Below are positions 18,747 through 27,829 of a DNA stretch of 64,000 nt, in pieces; within the stretch, counting starts at the first letter, position 1, and each line of letters starts with the position of its first letter. Origin of the DNA: an uncultured Verrucomicrobiae bacterium (GTDB lineage: Bacteria; Verrucomicrobiota; Verrucomicrobiia; Chthoniobacterales; JAATET01); assembly GCA_963719495.1 (NCBI GenBank), contig CAVRCI010000004.1, positions 192,001-256,000 on the forward strand, in the 5' to 3' direction. The notes under the pieces are model-generated. The model had not been told where the DNA came from. It made no database searches and worked only from the letters and a program-made list of their open reading frames with translations. Both the position numbers and the translations under genes were made by a program.

Positions 18747-19730
18747 CTAATTGATTGGTAGTGGGATCGGGACGGCTCGGCGGATGATGGCGTCGCCGGT
18801 GGTGAGCTGGATGGCGTAGAAGATGAGGAGGGGGAGGAGGATGGCTCCGAGGTCGAGGTCGGTGCCGAGGAAAATGGCGTTGGCGAGGGGGATGCCGGCG
18901 GCGAGGGTTTTCTGGGTTGCGCAGACGAAGGCGCTGACGGTGTCGTCGGGGGCGAAACCCTGGCGGCGGACGGCGATGGCGGCGGCGACGATCTGGACGG
19001 CGAAGAGGGCGAGGCAAAGCACAGCGACGGTGGCGAAAGTGGTCAGCCCGAGCCGACCCCAGAGGCCTTCGCGGACGCTGTTGGCGAAGGCGACGTAGAT
19101 GACGATCAGGATGAGGACGCTGTTGAAGTTGTTGAGTTTGTTTTTGTGGCGGGCGATGCCGTCGCGGATCGGGTTGCGGAGGAGTTGGCCGAGGAGGATG
19201 GGGGGGAGAACGGCGGAGGCGGTGTTGACGAGGGCGGTGCCAACGTCGATCCCGGGGCCGGAGCTGGATGGCGCGAGCAGACCGACGATGAGGGGTGTGA
19301 GCACGACGCCGGAGAGATTGGCGACGGTGGCGTTGAAGATGGCGGGTGCGAGGCTGCCGCCGGCGCGGAGTGAATAGACGATGGAGGTCGAGATCGTACA
19401 GGGGAGCGCGCCGAGGAGGATGAAGCCGCTGATGAGCGACGGGGTCAGGAATCCTCGGGTGGGAAGGAGGATGCCAAAGACGAGGATCGGGGTGACGACG
19501 AAGAGGAAGAGGTGAACGAAGAGGTGGACGCGCCACTTGGCGAAGCCGCCGAGGATGGTCTCGGTCGGAAGGAGGAGGCCGTTGATGAAGAAGATGACGA
19601 AGACGGCGGCGGTGGTCGCAGACTTCGGGTGGAACGGTCCGGTCGGGTCGCTGGGCGAGGGGAAGGCGGCGGCGAGCGCGATCGCGGTGAGGATGCCGAG
19701 GACAAACCAATTGGAGCGGAGGAAGGTCAT
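18747..19730 (-). CDS. Bile acid:sodium symporter family (SBF-like) transporter
   Basis: ALPCTISTS...AGG....AIFNAT..NL.GV.LTP and CATQKTLAAGIP motifs. Confidence 0.9.
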   Translation of the reverse strand: MTFLRSNWFVLGILTAIALAAAFPSPSDPTGPFHPKSATTAAVFVIFFINGLLLPTETILGGFAKWRVHLFVHLFLFVVTPILVFGILLPTRGFLTPSLISGFILLGALPCTISTSIVYSLRAGGSLAPAIFNATVANLSGVVLTPLIVGLLAPSSSGPGIDVGTALVNTASAVLPPILLGQLLRNPIRDGIARHKNKLNNFNSVLILIVIYVAFANSVREGLWGRLGLTTFATVAVLCLALFAVQIVAAAIAVRRQGFAPDDTVSAFVCATQKTLAAGIPLANAIFLGTDLDLGAILLPLLIFYAIQLTTGDAIIRRAVPIPLPIN

Positions 19731-19752
19731 GGCAGAATATGATGATGGGATT

Positions 19753-19828
19753 TCTCACGCGAAGCCGCGAAGGCGCGAAGGATTCCGTATTCAAGAGATC
19801 CCTTCGCGGCTTCGCGGCTTCGCGTGAG
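19753..19828. repeat. Inverted repeat built from 9-mer direct repeats (REP-like)
   Basis: CTCACGCGAAGCCGCGAAGGCGCGAAGG ... CCTTCGCGGCTTCGCGGCTTCGCGTGAG. Confidence 0.7.
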
Positions 19829-20071
19829 AAGATGGATTTTTCTCGATGCTGATGTCACGAGCGGTGTGGACTCACGGCTTTTCCAGGCTCCGCTTCAGTC
19901 ATTCCGAATTCTTGGCGTTCCTGGCGTTCCTGGCGCGAGAAGAATCATTGCGCGGGGGCGTTGCGGAGTGCGGGTGGCGATGGTAATTTTTGCCTTGGTC
20001 AGTGCGGATTCGCCGCGTTTTCTATCCGGCCCGGCACCTGGCCGGTTTTCCATTCGTAAAGTCCATCGCTC

Positions 20072-23000
20072 ATGAATCACGCCCTTCCCAATTCCGACCT
20101 CGTCCGCCGCTCGCTCTACTCGGCGGAAAACGAACACGACGCCTGTGGCGTTGGAATGATCGCCCAGGTCGGCGGGGAACGGTCGAACCGGATTCTCAAG
20201 ATCGGCCTGCGGTCGATCTGCAGTCTGATGCACCGCGGGGCGCTCGATGCCGACGCGAAGACGGGTGACGGAGCGGGCGTGGTGACGCAGATCCCCTACA
20301 AGATCTTTGCGCCGGAAGTCGCGCGGATGGGCCACAAGCTTTTCAAGGACTCCGACCTGGGCGTCGGCGTGCTTTTCCTGCCGCACGATAACGCCTACGC
20401 GCAGGCGCGGGCTAAGGCGATCACCCAGGAGGTGATCGAGCGGCGCGGGATGTTTTTTTTTGGTTGGCGCGACGTGCCGATCAATTTGCGCGTCCTCGGG
20501 GACAAGGCGCAGATGACGATGCCGCGGATTGAGCACGCGCTCATTGGCAAGCCGTGGGAGATGGCGGACGAGGATTACGAGAAGCGGCTGTTCCTGGCTC
20601 GGAACGAAATCGAGGACGGGGCGGCGGCGGCGGGGATTCAGAATTTCTACATCCCGTCGTTCTCGCACCGGACGATCGTTTACAAGGGACTGCTCGTCTC
20701 CTCGTCGCTCGAGAAATTCTACCCCGATCTGGCGAACGCCGATTACGAGACGGCGCTGGTGGTTTATCATCAGCGTTACAGCACGAACACGTTCCCGACG
20801 TGGCCGCTCGCGCAGCCGTTCCGAATGATGGCGCACAACGGCGAGATCAACACCGTGCGGGGGAACCGAAACTGGACGCACGCCCGCGAGGCGGAGTTGC
20901 AGGCGGATTTCTGGGGCGAGGACATCGATCTGCTCAAGCCGATCATTCAGCCCGGCGGCTCGGATTCCGCGAGCCTCGACAACGTCGCCGAGGTGGTGGC
21001 GATGTCGGGTCGCAGTCCGCTGCACACGATGACGATGCTCGTGCCGCCGGCTTGGCGGACGGACCGGAAGATGCCGGACGACCTGCGGGCGTTTTACGAG
21101 TATCACCGCTGCATCTGCGAGCCGTGGGACGGGCCGGCGGCGCTCGTGTTCACCGACGGAACGACGGTGGGGGCCTGCCTCGATCGGAATGGTTTGCGGC
21201 CCGCGCGCTACAAATTGACCAAGGACGGAATCTTCACGCTCGGCTCCGAAGTTGGCGTCGACGGCTTGGCGGCGGTGGACGTGATCGAGAAAGGACGGCT
21301 CGCGCCCGGCGAAATGATCGCCATCGACACGGGTGAGGGGAAATTGCTCCACGACTCCGAGATCAAGGCAAAGCTCGCGGCGGGTCAGCCGTATGCGAGT
21401 TGGCTGGCGGAGAACCTCGTTCGCGTGCCGAAGGCGGTGGCCGACGAGATCAAGCCCGCGACCGACGAGGTCGACGTGATGACGCTCACGCAGCGGCAGG
21501 TTGCGTTTGGGTATTCCAGCGAAGAGGTCGACATGATTCTCAAGCCGATGCTCAAAACCGGAGCGGAAGCGGTCGGTTCGATGGGCGACGACACGCCGCT
21601 GGCGGTGCTTTCGTTGCGACCGCGGCTGATCTACACGTATTTCCGGCAGTTGTTCGCGCAGGTGACGAATCCGCCGATCGACCCGATTCGCGAGAAGCTC
21701 GTGATGTCGTTGCACACCGTTCTCGGCTGGCGGCGGAATCTTCTGAGCGAGACGCCCGAGCATTGCGAGCAGGTGATGATCGACACCCCGATCCTCCTCG
21801 ATTCGGAGTTGGAGAAATTGAAGTCCTTGCCCGCGCCGCATTCGTCGGCCACGGTCTCGACGCTATGGGCCGTTGCGGATGGACCGGGCGGATTGCGCAC
21901 GGCGGTCGAGCGGATTCGGAAAGACGCGGAAAAAGCGGTGGTCGATGGCGCCCGGATTTTGGTGCTGTCGGATCGGGGTGTCGACCACGAGCACGTGGCC
22001 GTGCCGGCGCTCATGGCGATGGGTGCGGTGCACCACCATCTGCGGAAGGTCGGCAAGCGGATGCGCGCGAGCGTGATCGTCGAGACGGGTGAGGCGCGAG
22101 ACGTGCATCAAGTTGCCTGCCTCGTCGGATACGGCGCGAGCTGCGTGAATCCCTACCTCGCTCTGGAGACCGTCCGTGAGCTGGTCGACGACGGGAAGGT
22201 CGAAGGCGACTACGCCGCTTGCGCGATGAACTATCGGACGGCGCTCGAAAACGGCTTGCTCAAGATCATGTCGAAAATGGGCATTTCCATCGTGAGCAGC
22301 TACCGCGGTGCGCAGGTCTTCGAGGCGATCGGGATCGGGGATGCTCTGATCGCCGAGTGTTTCAAAGGGACCTCTTCGCAGGTGGCGGGAGTTGGGTTCG
22401 ACGAAATCGCGCGGGAATCGCTCGTGCGCCACGAGATGGCCTACGGGAACGCCGTGCCGCTCGAAGCGGGCAAGCTCGATGATCCCGGTTACTACCGGTT
22501 CCGCCGTGGCGGCGAGACGCACGCCTACACTCCGCCGGTGATCCAGAATTTCCACACCTACGTCGGCATCAAGGGCCAGGACAAGGCCGGGAAGCTCGAG
22601 GATTACGAAAAATACGTCGCCGCGTTGGTGGCGTCGCGACCGAGTGCGTTCCGGAATTTGCTCGAAATGCTGCCGCTGCCTTCGGGGCCGGTCCCGCTCG
22701 ACGAGGTCGAGCCCATCGAGGAAATTCGTCGCCGCTTCACGACGGCCGGGATGTCGCTCGGAGCATTGAGCCCCGAGGCGCACGAGACGCTGGCGATTGC
22801 GATGAATCGCATCGGCGGCAAGTCGAACAGCGGCGAGGGCGGTGAAGATCCGGCCCGCTTCAAGCGGCGGGAGAACGGCGACTGGGCCAACAGCGCGATC
22901 AAGCAGGTGGCCTCGGGTCGTTTCGGCGTGTCGGCCGCTTACCTGGCCACCGCGAAGGAGATCGAGATCAAGATGGCGCAGGGCGCGAAGCCGGGTGAGG

Positions 23001-24661
23001 GCGGGCAGCTGCCGGGTCACAAGGTGACGGCCTACATCGCGAAGCTGCGGCATTCCGTCGAAGGCGTGACGCTCATTTCGCCGCCGCCGCACCACGACAT
23101 CTACTCGATCGAGGATCTGGCGCAGTTGATCTACGATCTCAAGCAGGTGAATCCGCGGGCGAGGATCTGCGTGAAATTGGTCGCCGAAGCCGGCGTCGGC
23201 ACGATCGCGGCGGGCGTCGCGAAGGCGCACGCCGACATCATTCTGGTGAGCGGTCACGACGGCGGCACGGGCGCGTCGCCGCTGAGTTCGATCAAGAACG
23301 CGGGCGGCCCGTGGGAGCTGGGCGTCGCCGAGACGCACCAGGTCCTCATGCTCAACGGACTGCGCAACCGCGTCACGCTGCGCACTGACGGCGGCATGAA
23401 GAGCGGCGAGGACATCATTTACGCGACGCTGCTCGGCGCGGAGGAATACAACTTCGGCACGGCGGCGATGATCGCGATGGGCTGCGTTTACGTGCGCAAG
23501 TGCCACCTCAACACCTGCCCGGTCGGCGTTGCGACGCTCAATCCGGATCTGCGCGCAAAATTCAAGGGCAAGCCAGAGAACGTCGTCCAATTTTTCAACG
23601 GCGTGGCCGAGGAAGTGCGCACGCTCATGGCTGGGCTGGGCTTCCGGACCATCGACGAAATGATCGGGCGGGTCGAGTGCCTGCGTCAGCGTCACGTCGA
23701 GGATCATCCCAAGGCGAACACGCTCGATCTATCCCGTTTGATCACGGACGTGTCCGGCGGCGATCCCGGCGCGGTGCGCCACGCGACGCGTGACCGGAAC
23801 GACGGGCCGGAGGATCGGACGCTCGACCAGATCGTGCTCCAGGATGCGCGCGATGCGATCAACGACGGCCTGCCCGTCAAGTTGACTTACAAGGTGCGGA
23901 ACACGAACCGCTCCATCGGCACGCAGCTCTCGGGCGAGATCGGCTACCAATACGGAGCCGAGGGGCTGCCGGAGGGAACGATCGAATTGAATCTGAGCGG
24001 GAGCGCCGGGCAGAGCTTCGGCGCGTTCCTGGCGCCGGGCGTGCGTTTGATCCTGACGGGGGAGGCGAACGATTACGTCGGCAAACTCATGAGCGGCGGC
24101 GAGATCATCATCAAACCTTGGGCGGGCGCGGGCTTCGTCGCGGCGGAGAACAGCATCATCGGAAACACGGTGATGTATGGCGCTTCGGCGGGAGTGCTCT
24201 TCGCCAACGGTCGGGCGGGCGAGCGGTTCGCCGTCCGGAACAGCGGTGGAACGGCGGTCGTCGAAGGACTCGGCGACCACGGTTGCGAATACATGACGAA
24301 TGGCACGATCGTCGTGCTCGGCGGGACCGGGAAAAACTTCGGTGCCGGTATGACGGGCGGTCAGGCTTACGTCCTGGACGCGAGCGAGGACTTTCCGGAG
24401 AACCTCAACCATCAGTTGGTCGAGGCGAAGCGTTTGGCGGATCCCGAGGATGTGGTGGCGCTCAAGGAGCTCGTTTACAAACATCTGGAGCGGACCGAGA
24501 GCGCGATCGCGAAGGAGGTGCTCGACGATTGGGATACGTTCCAAGGGCGGTTCTGGAAGGTTTCGCCGAAGGTGCCGGACGCGCCGAAGATCGAGGTGCC
24601 GAAGGATCCGAAGGCCGAGGAAAAGGTGACGATCTCGGAGACGATCGCGGCGGCGCGGTGA
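20072..24661 (+). CDS. gltB: Glutamate synthase large subunit
   Basis: DACGVG (Cys1), HQRYSTNTFP, AQGAKPGEGGQLPG, 3Fe-4S motif CVYVRKCHLNTCPVG, GERFAVRNSG. Confidence 0.98.
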   Translation: MNHALPNSDLVRRSLYSAENEHDACGVGMIAQVGGERSNRILKIGLRSICSLMHRGALDADAKTGDGAGVVTQIPYKIFAPEVARMGHKLFKDSDLGVGVLFLPHDNAYAQARAKAITQEVIERRGMFFFGWRDVPINLRVLGDKAQMTMPRIEHALIGKPWEMADEDYEKRLFLARNEIEDGAAAAGIQNFYIPSFSHRTIVYKGLLVSSSLEKFYPDLANADYETALVVYHQRYSTNTFPTWPLAQPFRMMAHNGEINTVRGNRNWTHAREAELQADFWGEDIDLLKPIIQPGGSDSASLDNVAEVVAMSGRSPLHTMTMLVPPAWRTDRKMPDDLRAFYEYHRCICEPWDGPAALVFTDGTTVGACLDRNGLRPARYKLTKDGIFTLGSEVGVDGLAAVDVIEKGRLAPGEMIAIDTGEGKLLHDSEIKAKLAAGQPYASWLAENLVRVPKAVADEIKPATDEVDVMTLTQRQVAFGYSSEEVDMILKPMLKTGAEAVGSMGDDTPLAVLSLRPRLIYTYFRQLFAQVTNPPIDPIREKLVMSLHTVLGWRRNLLSETPEHCEQVMIDTPILLDSELEKLKSLPAPHSSATVSTLWAVADGPGGLRTAVERIRKDAEKAVVDGARILVLSDRGVDHEHVAVPALMAMGAVHHHLRKVGKRMRASVIVETGEARDVHQVACLVGYGASCVNPYLALETVRELVDDGKVEGDYAACAMNYRTALENGLLKIMSKMGISIVSSYRGAQVFEAIGIGDALIAECFKGTSSQVAGVGFDEIARESLVRHEMAYGNAVPLEAGKLDDPGYYRFRRGGETHAYTPPVIQNFHTYVGIKGQDKAGKLEDYEKYVAALVASRPSAFRNLLEMLPLPSGPVPLDEVEPIEEIRRRFTTAGMSLGALSPEAHETLAIAMNRIGGKSNSGEGGEDPARFKRRENGDWANSAIKQVASGRFGVSAAYLATAKEIEIKMAQGAKPGEGGQLPGHKVTAYIAKLRHSVEGVTLISPPPHHDIYSIEDLAQLIYDLKQVNPRARICVKLVAEAGVGTIAAGVAKAHADIILVSGHDGGTGASPLSSIKNAGGPWELGVAETHQVLMLNGLRNRVTLRTDGGMKSGEDIIYATLLGAEEYNFGTAAMIAMGCVYVRKCHLNTCPVGVATLNPDLRAKFKGKPENVVQFFNGVAEEVRTLMAGLGFRTIDEMIGRVECLRQRHVEDHPKANTLDLSRLITDVSGGDPGAVRHATRDRNDGPEDRTLDQIVLQDARDAINDGLPVKLTYKVRNTNRSIGTQLSGEIGYQYGAEGLPEGTIELNLSGSAGQSFGAFLAPGVRLILTGEANDYVGKLMSGGEIIIKPWAGAGFVAAENSIIGNTVMYGASAGVLFANGRAGERFAVRNSGGTAVVEGLGDHGCEYMTNGTIVVLGGTGKNFGAGMTGGQAYVLDASEDFPENLNHQLVEAKRLADPEDVVALKELVYKHLERTESAIAKEVLDDWDTFQGRFWKVSPKVPDAPKIEVPKDPKAEEKVTISETIAAAR

Positions 24662-24689
24662 GGGTTTGACGCTTCGCGTTCGGGTTGGT

Positions 24690-24800
24690 GCGGCGACTGG
24701 AAATCGCAGTTCCTTGACGTGCGGCTCTCTCGCTTCGCTCGATTTGCCGGGTGATGCGGCGGGACGCCGCATCTCGCACGCGGGACGCGTGCGCTCCCCG
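24690..24800. repeat. Composite REP-like hairpin element
   Basis: GGCTCTCTCGCTTCGCTCGATTTGCCGGGT plus two hairpins, nearly identical to 41257-41336; related CTCGCACG..GGGA.GCGTGCG.TCCCC units at 7207-7236 and 11715-11744. Confidence 0.75.
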
Positions 24801-24847
24801 ATCTTGCGGATTGGCAACCTTTCCGGGCTTTGGTTTCGTTGTTTGGT

Positions 24848-25579
24848 GTGGTGAGGAATGTTGTTGAAACGAGCGCGCGGCCCCGGGGGGCGGCGGTGAT
24901 GCATCAGCGGTGGCGGCGGCTCCTGTTTCTTCACTGGGAGGTGGACGCGGAGGCGGTGCGGGCTTCGTTGCCACACGGGCTGGAGGTCGATCTCTTCGAC
25001 GGGAAGGCTTACGTGGGGATCGTGCCGTTTTTCATGCGGGACGTGCGGCCGCGGTTTTGTCCGCCGGTATATTGGCTTTCGGACTTCCTCGAGTTGAACG
25101 TGCGGACTTACGTTCGGGACCGGGAGGGGCGGCCGGGGGTGTGGTTTTATTCGCTGGATTGCACGCAGCCGGTGGCGGTGTGGGCGGCGCGGACGTTTTT
25201 CAAGCTGCCGTATTTCCGCGCTCGGATGCGGGCGCAGGTGGGGCCGGAGAGTGCGTTCGTTTATTACGATTGCAAGCGGCGGGGGGAGAAAGCGACGTCG
25301 CACTACGAGTATCGGGCGAGTGGGGAGGCGGTGCGGGCGACGGCGGGCTCGTTGGACGAGTTTCTGGTGGAACGGTATCGGCTGTTCGCCTACCGGGGCC
25401 GGCGGTTGTATTCGGGGCGGGTGTGGCACCATCCCTACGAGATCGCCCGGGCGGATGTGTTGCAGTGGAGCGCGCTGCCGCTGGAGCAGGCGGGATTCGA
25501 TTCCGGGATGATGCCGCCGGATCACGCGGTGGTGTCGGCGGGCGTGGACGTCGAAGTTTTTCCTCTCAGGAAAAATTAG
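24848..25579 (+). CDS. YqjF / DUF2071 family protein
   Basis: MHQRWRRLLFLHW, FLELNVRTYV, GVWFYSLD, FLVERYRLF motifs. Start uncertain. Confidence 0.9.
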   Translation: MVRNVVETSARPRGAAVMHQRWRRLLFLHWEVDAEAVRASLPHGLEVDLFDGKAYVGIVPFFMRDVRPRFCPPVYWLSDFLELNVRTYVRDREGRPGVWFYSLDCTQPVAVWAARTFFKLPYFRARMRAQVGPESAFVYYDCKRRGEKATSHYEYRASGEAVRATAGSLDEFLVERYRLFAYRGRRLYSGRVWHHPYEIARADVLQWSALPLEQAGFDSGMMPPDHAVVSAGVDVEVFPLRKN

Positions 25580-25700
25580 AAATTTGGAATGAGAAATTAG
25601 AAATGGAGTGCGGCCCGTGGGGCCGTTGTGATCGATTGGAGTTCGGCCTTTGGCCGGTGGCCATTTTTCATTCCGCATTTCCAATTTCCATTTTTCCTTT

Positions 25701-27212
25701 TTGAAGACGCACTTGGTTTTTGCCGTGTTGACGGTGGCTTTGCTGGCATTCGTGATCAGCCGGACGGGCTCGGCTCCGCTCACGTTCGACGACGTGATCG
25801 CGCAGGCGCGGCGGCTGAGCTTGGAATCGTATGAGCGGAGGCCGGACGTGGCGTCCGAGGCGCTGCGAGCGGCGGATTACGACGCGGTGCGAAAAATCAA
25901 ATTCCGCGGCGAGCGAATGGTCTGGCGGGATCGGGGGTTGCCGTTTCAACTGGGATTCTTTCCGACGGCGGGATTGCACGCGCAACCGGTGACGGTTTTT
26001 TCGGCGAACCGCGAGGGGGCGAAGTGGCTGCGACCGGAGGGATCGGATTTCGAATTCATCGACAACGAGGTGCCGGTCGAAGATCAGGCGAAGGTCGATT
26101 ACGCGGGCGTGCGCGTGCTGTATCCGATCAATCAAGGGGACAAGCTGGACGAGGTGGTGACGTTTCTCGGTGCGAGCTACTTCCGGGCGATAGCGAAGGA
26201 TCAGGTCTGGGGCATCTCGGCGCGGGGGATCGCGGTCGATCCGGGGGGCGATGGCGCGGAGGAATTCCCGGATTTTACGACGTTCTGGTTCGCGGAGCCT
26301 TCGGCGGGGGCGGGAGATTTGCAATTTTACGCGCTGCTCGACGGACCGAGCCTCACGGGGGCGTATGAATTTCGCGTGCGACCGGGGGCGGAGACGAAGA
26401 TCGACGTGCGGGTCGTGCTCTTCGCCCGGGAGGAAATCGAGACTCTCGGGATCGCGCCGCTGACGAGCATGTATTGGTATGGAGAGAACACGAGCAACAC
26501 GTTTGGGAATTTCCGACCGGAGATTCACGATTCCGATGGTCTGCAGATCGAGGCGGCTGATGGCGAGTGGCTCTGGCGGCCGCTCGCGTGGTCGCAGCAG
26601 TCGCAATGGAACGTCTTCGAGCTCGACGAAACGCCGCGCGGCTTCGGGCTCTTTCAGCGCGATCGGGAGTTCGAGCACTACCAGGATCTCGAGGCGAATT
26701 ACCACAAGCGGCCGAGCGTCTGGGTTCAGCCGAACAGCGAGTGGGGTGCGGGCGAGGTGAAATTGCTTCAGCTGGCGACGGGCGACGAGTTCATGGATAA
26801 CATCGTGGCCTTCTGGGAATCGGCGACGCCGATGGGGGCTGGCGAGCGGCGGGAATACGAATACACGCTGGTCTTCTTCACGGAGAACGCGGGGTTGCCG
26901 CCGCTGGGGCGGAATTTGGCGACCCGGATCGATTACCAGGATCAGAAATATTATCGGCAAATGGTGCTGGATTTCGGCGGGGGTGAATTGGGCGGGCTCG
27001 AGGCGGACGCGGCGGTGAAGCCCGAGGTGTGGGTGAGCGACAACGGGCGGATGACCAACGTCTCGATTCAGAAAAACGAGAACGACGGGACGTGGCGCGT
27101 GGGGTTGGTCCCGGCGACGGCGCAGGAGGATCAGTCGGTCGAAATGCGCTGCACGCTGACGTTGGACGGGCGGCCGGTGAGTGAAACGTGGACTTACACG
27201 TGGGTGCCGTGA
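25701..27212 (+). CDS. opgG: Osmoregulated periplasmic glucan biosynthesis protein G
   Basis: FLGASYFRA, GISARGIA, EEFPDF, APLTSMYWYG, RPEIHDSDGL, DNIVAFW, SETWTY motifs (OpgG/OpgD family). Confidence 0.92.
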   Translation: MKTHLVFAVLTVALLAFVISRTGSAPLTFDDVIAQARRLSLESYERRPDVASEALRAADYDAVRKIKFRGERMVWRDRGLPFQLGFFPTAGLHAQPVTVFSANREGAKWLRPEGSDFEFIDNEVPVEDQAKVDYAGVRVLYPINQGDKLDEVVTFLGASYFRAIAKDQVWGISARGIAVDPGGDGAEEFPDFTTFWFAEPSAGAGDLQFYALLDGPSLTGAYEFRVRPGAETKIDVRVVLFAREEIETLGIAPLTSMYWYGENTSNTFGNFRPEIHDSDGLQIEAADGEWLWRPLAWSQQSQWNVFELDETPRGFGLFQRDREFEHYQDLEANYHKRPSVWVQPNSEWGAGEVKLLQLATGDEFMDNIVAFWESATPMGAGERREYEYTLVFFTENAGLPPLGRNLATRIDYQDQKYYRQMVLDFGGGELGGLEADAAVKPEVWVSDNGRMTNVSIQKNENDGTWRVGLVPATAQEDQSVEMRCTLTLDGRPVSETWTYTWVP

Positions 27213-27230
27213 GCGGCGGGGCGCGGGATT

Positions 27231-27268
27231 GGTGAATGGTGAATGGTGAATGGTGAATGGTGAATGGT
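27231..27268. repeat. Heptamer tandem repeat (GGTGAAT)x5
   Basis: Five perfect GGTGAAT units between opgG and the next gene. Confidence 0.9.
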
Positions 27269-27280
27269 GGAGATGCGGTG

Positions 27281-27829
27281 ATGAATGCGGAGTTTGAATT
27301 GAGGGATTGGAACGCGGCTTGTGTGCGGTTGGAGGATTTTTTGCGGGCGCATCGAATCGAGGATCGGTCGCGGCACGTCGAGCTGGTGGCGGAGTTGCTG
27401 GCCGAGGCGCGGGGTGGGGCGGGGGCTGACGGGAACGCGACCGAGCGGGTGATGGCGGTGGCGCACGGGCGGGTCGAGCGTTGGTTCGCGGGATTGGTCG
27501 ATGGGGGGGATGGGGGGGATGGGGGGGATGGCGACCGCGGGCGGGCGGCGTATTATTCAACCGGAATTTATCGGCGCTGGCCGTCGGCGTTCCTGCGGGA
27601 GGATGTGCCGCCGGAGATGCGGGAGGCGGTGCGGACCGCTTCGGTGCAGGCCGGGCCGGATCTGGAGTTCAGCAGTCTGATTCGGAAAGAGGTCGATTAT
27701 GGACCGATGGAGGGTTTGGCGCGCGAGACGTGGGCGACGTTTTCCTGGGGTCACGTGCTGCGGGCGTTCGTGATCTGGGCGGTGATCTTCGCGGCGGTTT
27801 ACGGATTTTACCTGGGGTTCCTGGCGTGA
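27281..27829 (+). CDS. Hypothetical membrane protein between opgG and opgH
   Basis: Host-like codon usage, C-terminal TM, GTGA overlap with the opgH start. Confidence 0.75.
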   Translation: MNAEFELRDWNAACVRLEDFLRAHRIEDRSRHVELVAELLAEARGGAGADGNATERVMAVAHGRVERWFAGLVDGGDGGDGGDGDRGRAAYYSTGIYRRWPSAFLREDVPPEMREAVRTASVQAGPDLEFSSLIRKEVDYGPMEGLARETWATFSWGHVLRAFVIWAVIFAAVYGFYLGFLA

